Source: Octopus vulgaris (taxonomy: Eukaryota). Taken from it: a stretch of DNA of 64,000 nt. A program made the translations under genes and the position numbers. The stretch covers positions 59,582,001-59,646,000 of the forward strand of contig OX597820.1 in the NCBI GenBank assembly GCA_951406725.2, read 5' to 3'. Below the pieces are notes generated by a model. That model was not told the DNA's origin and did not search any database. It saw only the letters and a list, made by a program, of their open reading frames with translations. This document shows positions 12,301 to 33,234 of this stretch, one piece after another; the stretch's first letter is position 1; the number at the start of each line of letters is the position of its first letter.

Positions 12301-15300
12301 TAATTACATGCACCTGAATGACCTGCCCCTGAATTTCATGCCTCTGAATTATCTATCCCTAAATTACCAGCCCCTGAATTACCTGCCCCTGAATTACATG
12401 CCCCTGAATTACATGCACCTGAATTACCTGCCCCTGAATTACATGCCCCTGGATTACCTGCCCATGAATGATATTCCTCTAAATTACCTGTCCCTGAATA
12501 ACGCTTGAATTACCTGCGCCTGGATTACCTTCCCCCGAATTACATTCCTCTGAATTACCCACCCACGAATTACATGCCCCTGAATTACATACACCTGAAT
12601 TACATGCCCCTCAATTACCTGCACCTCAATTACATGCCCCTGAATTACATGCCCCTGAATTACAAGACCCTGAATTACCTGTCCATGAATGACATTCCTA
12701 TAAATTACCTCCCCCTGGATTACCTTCCCCTAAATTACATTGCTCTGAATTACCTGCCCCTGAATTACCTGCCAATGAATGACATTACTCTAAATCACCT
12801 GCACCTGGATTACCTTCCCCTCAATTACCCGCACATGAATTACATGCCCGATTTACCTGCCCCTGAATGACATGCCCCTGAATTACATGCCCCTGAATTA
12901 CATACCCCTGAATTACCTTCCCATAAATTACATACACCTGAATTACATGCCCGTGAATTACCTGCCCCTAAATTACATGCCCCTGAATGACCTGCCCCTG
13001 AATGACCTGCCCCTGAATAACCTATACCTGAATAACCTGCCCCTGAATAACATACACCTGAATTACATACACCTGAATTACATACACCTGAATTACATGC
13101 CCCTCAATTACATGCCCCTGAATTACATGCAACTGATTTACATGCCCCTGAATTACATACACCTGAATTACATGCCCCTGAAATATCTACCCCTGGGTCC
13201 CTGAATAACCTGCACCTGAATTACATACACCTGAATTACCTGCCCCTAAATTACATGCCCCTGAATTACCTGCCCCTGAATGACATGCCCCTGAATGACA
13301 TGCCCCTCAATTACCTGCCCATGAATTACCTGCCCATGAATTAAATGGCCATGAATTACCTGCCCCTGAACTACCTGCCCCTAAATTACATGACCCTGAA
13401 TGACCTGCCCCTGAATGACATGCCTCTGAATTATCTATCCCTAAGTTACCAGCCCCTGAATTACCTGCCCGTGAATGACATGCCCCTAAATTACCTGCAG
13501 ATGAATGACATTCCTCTGAGTTACCTGTCCCTGAATTACCCCTGAATTACCTGCCCCTGGATTACCTTCCCCCGAATTACATTCCTCTGAATTACCCACC
13601 CACGAATTACATGCCCCTGAATTACATACACCTGGATTACAAGCCCCTCAATTACCTGCACCTCAATTACATGACCCTGAATTACAAGACCCTGAATTAC
13701 CTGCCCATGAATGACATTCCTATAAATTACCTCCCCCTGGATTACCTTCCCCTGAATTACATTGCTCTGTATTACCAGCCCCTGAATTACCTGCCAATGA
13801 ATGACATTACTCTAAATCACCTGCACCTGGATTACCTTCCCCTCAATTACCCGCAATTGAATTACATGCCCGAATTACCTGCCCCTGAATGACATTCCCC
13901 TGAATTACATACCCCTGAATTAGCTGCCCGTGAATTACCTGCCCCTAAATTACATGCCCCTGAATGACATGCCCCTCAATTACCTGCCCATGAATTACAT
14001 GCCCCTGAACTACCTGCCCCTTAATTACATGCCCCTGGATTACCTGCCCCTGAATTACCTTCCCCTGAATTACATGCCCCTGGATTACCTGCCCCTGAAT
14101 TACCTTCTCCTGAATAACATACATCTGAATTACCTGCCTCTGAATTACCTGCCCTGAATTACATACCCCTGAATTACCTGCCCCTAAATACCATGCATCT
14201 GAATTACCCGCCCCTGAATTGCAAACACCTGAATTACATGGCCCTGAATTACCTGCCTCTTAATTACATGCACCTGAATGACCTGCCCCTGAATGACATG
14301 CCTCTGAATTATCTATCCCTAAATTACCAGCCCCTGAATTACCTGCCCGTGAATGACATGCCCCTGAAATACCTGCCCCTGAATTACCTTTCCTCTGAAT
14401 TACATACCCCTGATTTACCTGCCCCTGAATTACATGCCCATGAATGACATTCCTCTAAATCACCTGCACCTGAACTACCTGCCTCTGGTTTACCTGCCCC
14501 TTGATTACCTGCCCCTGAATTACATGCCGCTCAATTACCTGCACCTCAATTACATGCCCCTTAATTACATGCCCCTGAATTACCTGCACCTGAATTACCT
14601 GCACCTGAATTACATAAACCTGAATTACATGCCCCTCAATTACCTGCCACTGAATTACCTTGCTCTAAATTACATGCCCCTTAATTATTTAACCCTGGAT
14701 TACCTGCCCCTGAATAACCTGACCCTGAATTACCTTCCCCTGAATTACGTGCCCCTGAATTACATACCCCCTAAGTACCTGCCCCTAAATTACATGCATC
14801 TGAATTGCCTGCCCCTCAATTACAAACACCTGAATTACCTGCCTCTTAATTACATGCACCTGAATGACCTGCCCCTGAATGACATGCCTCTGAATTATTT
14901 ATCCCTAAATTACCTGCCCGTGATTGACATTCCCCTGAATTACCTTTCATCTGAATTACATGCCCCTGAATTACATACCCCTGAATTACATGCCCCTGAA
15001 TTACCTGCCCATGAATGACATTCCTATAAATTACATGTCCCTTAATTACCTTCCTCTGAATACCCGCCCCTGAATTACCTGCCAATGAATGACATTACTC
15101 TAAATCACCTGCACCTGGATTACCTTCCCCTCAATTACCCGCCCATGAATTACATGCCCGAATTACATGCCCCTGAATTACCAGTCCCTGAATTACCTTC
15201 CCTGAATGACATGTCCCTGAATTACATACCCCTGAATTACCTGCCCATGAATTACATGCCCCTGAATTACCAGCCCCTGAATTACCTTCCCTGAATGACA

Positions 15301-16030
15301 TGTCCCTGAATTACATACCCCTGAATTACCTGCCCATGAATTACATGCACCTGAATTACCTGCCGCTGAACTATCTGCCCCTCAATTACCTGCCCAAGAA
15401 TTACATACACCTGAATTACATGCCCGTGAATTACCTGCCCCTCAATTACGTGCCCCTGAATTACATACCCCCTAAGTACCTGCCCCTAAATTACATGCAT
15501 CTGAATTGCCTGCCCCTGAATTACAAACACCTGAATTACATGCCCCTGAATTACATACACCTGAATTATATGCCCCTCAATTACCTGCACCTCAATTACA
15601 TGCCCCTGAATTACATGCACCTGAATTACATTCCCCTGAATTACCTGCACCTGGATTACATAAACCTGAATTACCTGCCCCTGAATTACATGCCCCTCAA
15701 TTAACTGCCTCTGAATTACCTTGCTCTGAATTACATGCCCCTTAATTACTTAACCCTGGATTACCTGCCCCTGAATAACCTACACCTGAATAACCTGACC
15801 CTGAATTACATACCCCTGAATTACATGCCCCTCAATTACCTGCCCGTGAATTACATGGCCCTGAATTACATGTCCCTGAATTTCCTGCCCCTTAATTACA
15901 TGCCCCTGAATTACTTGTCCCTGAAATACATGCACCTGGATTACCTGCCCCTGAATTTCCTGCGCCTGGATTACCTGCCTTGAATTACCTTCCCCTGAAT
16001 TACCTGCCCCTGAATTACATGTCCCTGAAT
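6340..16030 (+). repeat. 15-bp satellite, consensus CCCCTGAATTAC(A/C)TG, ~9.7 kb
   Basis: Continuous tandem array of the 15-mer (roughly 640 monomers by length); source of the spurious (MPLNY/LPLNY)n ORFs. Confidence 0.97.
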
Positions 16031-16039
16031 GTATGAATA

Positions 16040-16412
16040 TCTATGTATGGACGCATGATGTGTGAACGAGGCTTGTTTGTATGGACGCATGATGTGTGAA
16101 CGAGGCTTGTTTGTATGGACGCAAGATATGTGAACGAGGCATATTTGTATGGACGCATGATGTGTGAACGAGGCTTGTTTGTATGAACGCATGATGTGTG
16201 AACGAGGCTTGGTTGTTTGGACGCATGATGTGTGAACGAGGCTTGTTTGAATGGACGCATTATGTGTGAACCAGGTGTGTATGAGTGGACGCATGATGTG
16301 TGAAAGAGGCTTGTTTGTATGGACGCATGATGTGTGAACGAGGCATGTTTGTATGGACGCATGATGTGTGAACGAGGCATGTTTGTATGGACGCATGATG
16401 GGTGAACGAGGC
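16040..16412 (+). repeat. 34-bp CpG-containing satellite block 1 (ATGGACGCATGATGTGTGAACGAGGCTTGTTTGT)
   Basis: ~11 tandem copies with 34-bp period (16081 to 16115). Confidence 0.95.
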
Positions 16413-16501
16413 AGCACTTATTTTTTCTAAGCCTAGTATTTATTCTAACTTATTCTTTTCTGCCGAGCCGCTGAAATACAGGGAGGAAAACACACCAGAA
16501 A

Positions 16502-16805
16502 AATCTACTATAGCCCCGAGCCGACCAAAGCCTTGTGATTGGATTTGGTGGAAGGAAACTGGAAAACTCCAGTCATATATATGTTTATATGTGTGCGTGT
16601 GTGTCTTTGTTCCCAAACATTGCTACACAACGGATGCTAGTCTGTTTACGTCCCCATAACTTAGAGGTTCAGCGAAATAAACTGATAGAATAAGCACTAG
16701 GCCGACAATGAATAAGTCCTGGGGTCGATATGCTCGACTAAAGGTCGTGCTCCAACATGGCCACAGTCAAATGACTGAAACAAGTAAATGAGAGTAAAAG
16801 AGTTA
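16502..16805 (+). mobile_element. Octopus OK/OR-type SINE, 5'-truncated
   Basis: ctactatagcc..ccgaccaaagccttgtg..ggatttgg..ggaaactg, central CA/GT tract, 3' tail gtgctccaacatggccacagtcaaatgactgaaacaagtaaa. Confidence 0.8.
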
Positions 16806-17147
16806 AATAACGAGAAAAGTCCATGACCTGTTAACTAGGGAGATAGCAGAAAATATCTCCTAGAGTTACTTCCCTAACGTCATATAATACGTTTCATGTT
16901 GTAATATCTGTAAGAAAGTAATAATGACATAATCAAGTTTCTTTTTTGTTTTATATAGTATATATGCGTATGTGGGTATATACACGTGTATCTGTAAGTA
17001 TATATATATATATATATATATATAAATACTGGAGCGCCGCCTTTAGTCGATCACATCGTCCGCAGCACTTCTTTGTAAGCCTAGTATTTTATTCTCTTTT
17101 GCCGAACCGCTAAAATACAGGGAGTAAAACAGCTACAGTCGTTCGAA

Positions 17148-17375
17148 GGTAATGACCAAACTGTCTACTTTTATCCACCAGTTCCAACACGATTTAACAA
17201 AAAAGGAGACAAATTGCTTGACTAGATTTCACTGCAAAGCCAGTAACATCTATGAACTTCCCAAAATCTACAAAAGTTAAGCCATAAACAAAACCTGTAA
17301 CAAGTTAACTTCTATAGTTATAAATATTCCACACCCGAGAGATATCCGAATGAGGCCAATTATGGCCAATCCAGG
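17148..17375 (+). mobile_element. Penelope-like element RT N-terminal fragment (pseudogenised)
   Basis: Translates ..KASNIYELPKIYKS*..PHPRDIRMRPIMANP, matching the PLE motif YGLPKIHK..RPI; paralog at 63137. Confidence 0.65.
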
Positions 17376-18363
17376 TATGTAGATACGGGAGGCATTGGGT
17401 GCTTAACACTCGCAAATCTGAAGTCGCTAAAGGTGCAATAAATTGAACTTCTTTTCATTTAGAACTTAGGGATCTGCAAATGTGGGTATCTTGGAGATGC
17501 TTAAAGTGTCTGCTGTAGCTGTAATCGTCGCACAAACAAACGAATAAAAACAGTCGCTCACACACACGTACACACAAAAATAAAAACATTCACGCAAACA
17601 CAGACATTGAAATGAAAATAGCAACACACACACACAAAAAGTCCCACGCACACAAACACTGAAAAAAAAATTCTCACAAAAACACTCACATACGCACAAA
17701 AAATAAAAATACAGATACATATTCACACACTCAAACACGCGGACAAACACAGAAATGAAAACAGTTACATACCTACACATGCACAAACACAGACACACAC
17801 AAATACAAATGGAAAATACGGTAACACATCCAAACTCTAACACACTAACATACGCACAAACACACACAGAAATGAAAACGCAGTAACTTATCGGTTCTGC
17901 AAAAGAGACCTATACATTAAGTAATAGGCTTACAAATAATAATTCCTGTGGTTGATTTGCTTCACTAAAGGCGGTGCTCCACCATGGTCACAGTGAATTA
18001 ACTGAAAGAGTCTAAGAGCGACAAAGTGTATATTACGATAACTACATACTTAAGGGAGATAACTACACAGTATCTTCTAACAGTTACTTCCCTTGAATAT
18101 TATATTTTAACAATAATAAAATTATATTTTAGGAAATTAACTCTCGGAAGGGAGATAACTAGATAACATCTTCCAGAGTTACTTTCCGTAAATGTAATTT
18201 AATTACTTTCGTTAAATTATAATATGCGAGGGAAGTAACTCTCAATTATATTATTCAGATATGACACACTTTTACGATTTTTTGGAGTTTAACTGCTCTC
18301 TCTAGTGAGTCGGATGTCCCATTATGGCCATATATATATATATATATATATATATAGATATAT

Positions 18364-18427
<64 letters not shown>

Positions 18428-18433
18428 CTCCTA

Positions 18434-18468
<35 letters not shown>

Positions 18469-18661
18469 TAAACAAACACTGAAAAAAACTACTCAGACAC
18501 ACACACTCACATACGCACAAACACAAACACACAAATGAAAATACAGATACATATTCACACTCAAACATGCGGTCAAACAGAAATTAGAACAGTTACATAC
18601 GTACACATGCACAAACACACAGACACACACAAATAGAAATGAAAAATACAGTTACACACTC

Positions 18662-18794
18662 ACTGCCCCTGAATTACATGCCCCTGAAGTACCTGCTCCT
18701 CAATTACATGCCCCTGAATTACCTGCCCCTAAATTACCGTCCCATGAATTACGTGCCCCTGAATTACCTGTCCCTGAATTAAAAGCCCCTGAAT
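18662..18794 (+). repeat. 15-bp satellite, short block
   Basis: ~9 copies of ccctgaattac(a/c)tgc, directly upstream of the 34-bp block as at 16030. Confidence 0.9.
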
Positions 18795-20069
18795 GTATGG
18801 ACGCATGTGTGAACGAGGCTTGTGTGTATAAACGCATGATGTGTGAACGAAGCTTGTTTGTATGGACGAATGATGTGTGAACGAGGCTTGTTTGTATGGA
18901 CGAATGTGTGAACGAGGCTTGTTTTTATGGACGCATGATGTGTGAACGAGGCTTGTTTGTATTGACGCATGATGTGTGAACGAGGCTTGTTTGTATAGAC
19001 GCATGACGGGTGAACGAGGCTTGTTTGTATGGACGCATTACGGGTGAACGAGGATTGTTTGTATGGACGCATGACGGGTGAACAAGGATTGTTTGTATGG
19101 ACGCATGACGGGTGAACGAGGCTTGTTTGTATAGACGCATGTGTGAACGAGGCTTGTTTGTATAGACGCATGACGGGTGAACGAGGCTTGTTTGTATAGA
19201 CGCATGACGGGTGAACGAGGCTTGTTTGTATAGACGCATGATGTGTGAACGAGGCTTGTTTGTATGGAAGCATGACGTGTAAACGAGGCTTGTTTGTATG
19301 GACGCATGACGTGTGAACGAGGGCTTGTTTGAATGGACGCATGACGGGTGAACGAGGCTTGTTTGTATGGACGCATGACGGGTGAACGATGCTTCTTTGT
19401 ATGGACGCATGACGGGTGAACGAGGCTTGTTTGTATGGACGCATGACGGGTGAACGAGGCTTGTTTGTATGGACGCATGATGTGTTAACGAGGCTTGTTT
19501 GTATGGACGCATGTGTGAACGAGGCTCGTTTGTATAGACGCATGACGTGTGAACGAGGCTTGTTTGTATGGACGCATGATGTGTGAACGAGGCTTGTTTG
19601 TATGGACGCATGACGGGTGAACGAGACTTGTTTGTATGGACGCATGACGGGTGAACGAGGATTGTTTGTATGGACGCATGACGGGTGAACGAGGCTTGTT
19701 TGTATGGACGCATGACGGGTGAACGAGTCTTGTTTGTATGGACGCATGACGAGTGAACGAGGCTTGTTTGTATGGACGCATGACGGGTGAACGAGGCTTG
19801 TTTGTATGGACGCATGACGGGTGAACGAGGCTTGTTTGTATGGACGCATGACGGGTGAACGAGGCTTGTTTGTATGGACGCATGATGTGTGAACGAGGCG
19901 TGTATGTATGGACGCATGATGTGTGAACGAGGCTTGTTTGTATGGACGCATGATGGGTAACCGAGGCTTGTTTGTATGGACGCATGATGTGTGAACGAGG
20001 CTTGTTTGTATGGACGCATGATGTGTGAACGAGGCTTGTGTCCATGGACGCATGATGTTTGAACGAGGC
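18795..20069 (+). repeat. 34-bp satellite block 2 (~37 copies)
   Basis: Tandem 34-mer with GATGTGTG/GACGGGTG variants and occasional 31-bp monomers. Confidence 0.95.
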
Positions 20070-20126
20070 TAACCCCAACCCCAATCCCGACCCTGAAACT
20101 AACCCTAACCCAAACCCAACCCCAAT
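20070..20126 (+). repeat. Degenerate interstitial telomere-like tract
   Basis: taaccccaaccccaatcccgaccctgaaactaaccctaacccaaacccaaccccaat: 6-bp periodic AACCCY variants in the same orientation as the terminal telomere. Confidence 0.7.
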
Positions 20127-20225
20127 CGTAATGTAATTTCATGTAAGGGAAGTAACTGTGGAAAATCTTGTACCTATTTCCCTTTCTAGAGTCACTTCCC
20201 TAGAATATATAATTTAATACATAAT

Positions 20226-20560
20226 AGGCGAAGCAGTGGTAAGTAGCTTGCTAACCAACCACATAGTTCCGGATTCAGTCCAATTGCGTGGCATCTTGGG
20301 CAAGTGTCTTCTGCTATGGCACCGGGCCGACCAATGCCTTGTTAGTGGATTTGGTAGACGGAAACTGAAGGAAGCCTGTCGTATGTATATGTATATGTGT
20401 GTGTGTTTGTCCCCCTAGCATTGCTTGACAACCGATGCTGGTGTATTTAGGTCCCCGTCACTTAGCGATTCGACAAAAAGAGACCGATAGAATAAGTACT
20501 AAAGGTGGTGCTCCAGCGTGGCCGCAGTCAAATGACTGAAACAAGTATAAGAGTAAAAGT
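20226..20560 (+). mobile_element. Octopus OK/OR-type tRNA-derived SINE
   Basis: tRNA-like head gtggtaagtagcttgctaaccaaccacatagttccggattcagtcc through to tail gcagtcaaatgactgaaacaagta. Confidence 0.85.
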
Positions 20561-21010
20561 AATTTAATTAGATATAAGGGAACTCGGGAAGATTTTAGAG
20601 TTATCTTCCTTCGTAGAGTTACTTACCTTCACGTTATAAGTTAATAATATAGAAGGGGAGTAACTCTAGAAAGGGAGATAACTAAAAAAATCTTTCAGAG
20701 TCACCTCCCTTACATTTAATTAAATAACTATTATGTATTATTAAATTGTAAATTTCAATGGGGGTAACTCTACAAAGGGGGATAACTTTAAAAATCTTCA
20801 AAAGTTACCTCCCTTACATTTAAATACATGACTATTATCAAAATGTATTATGGAAGCTAATTAACTCTACAATATAATGTTCAGATGTACCGCATACACT
20901 TTTACTCTTTTCCTTGTTTAGTCATTTCACTGTGCCACTGCTAGAGCACAGCCTTTTCTAGAGCAAATCGACACTAGGACTTTTATCTACGTCAGTCTAG
21001 TATTTATTCT
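20560..21010. repeat. Internal paralog of the telomere-adjacent sequence (~3950-4401)
   Basis: ~106-bp repeat units followed by gactattatcaaaatgt..ggaagctaattaactctacaatataatgttcag..gacactaggacttttatctacgtcagtctag, as at 4217-4401. Confidence 0.85.
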
Positions 21011-21169
21011 GTTAGTCTTCTTTTCCCGAACGAATAAGTTAATGGAGTGTAAAAAACACCGGCATTGGTTGTCAAGCGGTTTTGGGGACACCGAAACATA
21101 CACACATATACATATATATAAATATCTATATGTATATACATGTTTCTCTATATATATATATATATATAT

Positions 21170-22830
21170 TGCAGAAACAATACTGCTGTCTTTAGTGTTC
21201 CCACTGATATTGACGTAAGAGAAGCGAACGAAGTTGACTCCAAACACAAAATTGCAGACATAACCTTCACTCCCACTGACATCGTAGCAGCAATAAATGA
21301 GGTCAAATACTACTCTGCTGTAGGCCCTGATAGGATTCCCCGTTAGTCTCCTGAAGGAATGTAAACACCAACTTGCAGTCCCACTGACCAACCTCTGGAG
21401 AAATTCGTTAGATGCAGGTTATATACCAAAACAGTTTCTATCCCAGTCAGTCATCCCGGTTTTCAAACAGGGAAACAGATCCCTCGCACTCAACTATCGC
21501 CCAATCTCACTCACCTCCCACATCATCAAAGTGTTTGAAAGAGTGTTAAGATCAAGGATGGCTGACTTCCTGGAGACCCACAAACTCCTAAATGCAAAAC
21601 AGCATGGCTTTCGCTGTGGCAGGGACTGTCTAACACAGCTCTTACACCAAATTGAAGTTCTACACTGGATCAAGTATTTCCGGGCGAATACAACACAACA
21701 TGTTGTAGTTGATGGAGTCCACTCAAGCCCAGCAAAAGTCACCACCAGTGGTGACCCCCAGGGGACTGTCTTGGGTCCGCTACTCTTCATAATCTACATA
21801 AACGACCTTTCCAGTGTCGTACATTACTGCAAAGTGAAAATATTTGCTGATGACACCAAGCTCCAGTAAATCGTCAATGAAGAAGCAGACCGAACTCAAC
21901 TCCAGTCTGATCTATATGCTGTGAGTCAATGGGCAAACAGAAACAAAATACAACTAAACGAGGGAAAATTTGAGCTGATGCATTTTGGAAGAAACTCCTC
22001 ACTAAAACAGCCATACTCTCTTCCTTCAGGGGAACCGCTCACAGCCTCTAACAATATCAGAGAACTGGGTGTAATTGTTGATGACCATCACAGTTGGAGT
22101 GCACACATCAACAAGAAGGTCGATATAGCTCGTAGGATGAGTTCCTGGATCTTAAGAACTTTCCGGTCCAGAGAACAAGGTGTCATCATACCACTTTTTT
22201 CCTCCTTTGTACGGCCACACCTTGAATACTGCTGCCCACTGTGGTCTCCTCAAACAAGACTAAACATCTCCAGAATTGAGTCACCCCAGAGGGCACTCAC
22301 TAAACGAATTGAAGGCATGGCTGCTCTCGATTATTGGGATTGCCTTAAAGCCTTGAAACTTTACTCCCTCCAGCGTGAGCGGTACATCATTTGTACGATG
22401 TGGAAAATATACCGCCAACTATGCCCAAACGACCTAAACATTAGCTTCAAGGTTCATCCAAGACTTGGACCACGGGCTATACGTCCCCTGCCCAATTCAA
22501 GATCACAACATACATGTACACTGCAACATAATTTCTTTTCCTCAACAGGCCCTGCCCTATTTAACATTGTCCCGAGAGAGATCAAAGAGGAAAAGGATCC
22601 CATCAACTTTAAACAGAGTCTGGATAGATTCCTTCAAAGAATACCAGATAAGCCACCCATAATTGGATACAAGAACTCACTACTTGAACAAAACTGGATA
22701 CAACTCACCCAACAAGAACTCACTACTTGAACAAAACTTGACTTAAACAGGATTCGAATAATCCTATCAGGTGGTGCTATTAAGTTAGACATGTCCTGGA
22801 CCAATCTTTGGTCGAAACATATCTAAGTTT
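21170..22830 (+). mobile_element. CR1-group LINE family A, 5'-truncated pseudogenised copy
   Basis: [41 protein letters not shown]; contains stops and frameshifts; 3' end flanked by (TA)n. Confidence 0.93.
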
Positions 22831-22850
22831 ATATATATCTGATATATCTT

Positions 22851-22886
<36 letters not shown>

Positions 22887-23014
22887 AATCTATCTTCTTC
22901 GAGCACATCGTCAGCAGCACTTATTCTTTCTAAGCCTAGTATTTATTCTAACTTATTCTTTTCTGCCGAGCCGCTGAAATACAGGGCGAAAAACACACCA
23001 GCATCGTTTGAAAA

Positions 23015-23310
23015 ATCTACTATAGCCCCGAGCCGACCAAAGCCTTGTGATTGGATTTGGTGGAAGGAAACTGGAAAACTCCAGTCATATATATGTTTAT
23101 GTGTGCGTGTGTGTCTTTGTTCCCAAACATTGCTACACAACGGATATTAGTCTGTTTACGTCCCCATAACTTAGAGGTTCAGCGAAAGAGACTGATAGAA
23201 TAAGCACTAGGCCTACAATGAATAAGTCCTGGGGTCGGTATGCTCGACTAAAGGTCGTGCTCCAACATGGCCACAGTCAAATGACTGAAACAAATGAGAG
23301 TAAAAGAGTA
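23015..23310 (+). mobile_element. Octopus OK/OR-type SINE (duplicate of the 16502 copy)
   Basis: Near-identical to 16500-16805, including flanks (16412-16930 vs 22914-23430). Confidence 0.8.
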
Positions 23311-24479
23311 AATAACGAGAAAAGTCCATGTTCACTAGGGAGATAGCAGAAAATATCTCCTAGAGTTACTTCCCTAACGTCATATAATACGTTTCATGTT
23401 GTAATATCTGTAATAAAGTAATAATGACACTCGAAGGGCACACGAGAATGCATTCACGTACTATCACACATGTAGATGCAAGTTTTCTTAATAAAACGGA
23501 AAGAACTCACATTCCATCCCTTAGCTTCTTTTTTGTTTTAGACACTACATATACGTGCGTGGGTATATACACGTATATCTGTATGTGTATGTCTGGGTAA
23601 AACAGACTTTCGCGGTTGGGTCACAGCCGATGCGACAACCTTGGGTATGTGTGGACTGTGCTCACACACGAACAAATACCCACACTTCCGCACTCATGCA
23701 CATAGATACATGCAAAGCTATTTTATGTTTTCAATAAGTTGTGCCATTCGAGTGCGAACAAACGCACACACACACACGCACACATTTAAACATATATACG
23801 ATGGTATTTTATCAGTTTCCTTCCACTAAATCCAATCACAAGGATTAGGTCGGCCTTGGGGTACAGTAGTGTTTGTTGTAGCTGTAATTGTCGCACAAAC
23901 AAACGAATAAAAACACAGTCGCTCACACACACGTACACACAAAAATAAAAACATTCACACAAACACAGACACTTAAATGAAAATAGCAACACACACACAT
24001 ATAAAAAGTCCCACGCACACAAACACTGAAAAAAAAATTCTCACAAAAACACTCACATACACACAAAGACAAACACACAAATAAAAATACAGATACATAT
24101 TCACACACTCAAACACGCGGACAAACACAGAAATGAAAACAGTTACATACCTACACATGCACAAACGCAGACACACACAAATACAAATGGAAAATACGGT
24201 AACACATCCAAACTCACACACACTAACATACGCACAAACACACACACAAACATAAGCACCCACACACAGAAATGAAAACGCAGTTACACACTCACACATA
24301 AAACCCTAACCGTAACTAGCACAAACATACAATTTATTCAGAATGTAGAGGGGCATTGGGTGCTTTGCACTCGCAGTTAGAATATCAACTCCCTCCACGC
24401 CTATATTAGAATTTCTGTCATCCACTTGTGAAATTAATACATTAACGACACATGGGAAAAATATGAGCAACATCTGAAG

Positions 24480-33090
<8,611 letters not shown>

Positions 33091-33234
33091 TATTACATTA
33101 CATTCAATTAGCCATACATTATTAGTTTCATTATCCAAATATTTTCCTTCACGTTTCATGTATACCGAGGACCTTCTTTTTCATTGCTTCAATCAGTGTA
33201 CATAAAGTGTTTGTGAAAGCAAAGAGTTTTCACA

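Noticed and set aside
6343-15983. (MPLNY/LPLNY)n pentapeptide-repeat protein ORFs
   Set aside because: By-product of a 15-bp satellite; frames are repeatedly broken by 10- and 14-bp monomers; no gene structure.
16040-20069. CRISPR array (34-bp repeat)
   Set aside because: Monomers are head-to-tail with no unique spacers, there are no cas genes, and the context is eukaryotic.
18779-20142. 400-aa His/Ser/Arg-rich ORFs
   Set aside because: Stop-free 34-bp repeat read in all three frames; no non-repeat coding context.
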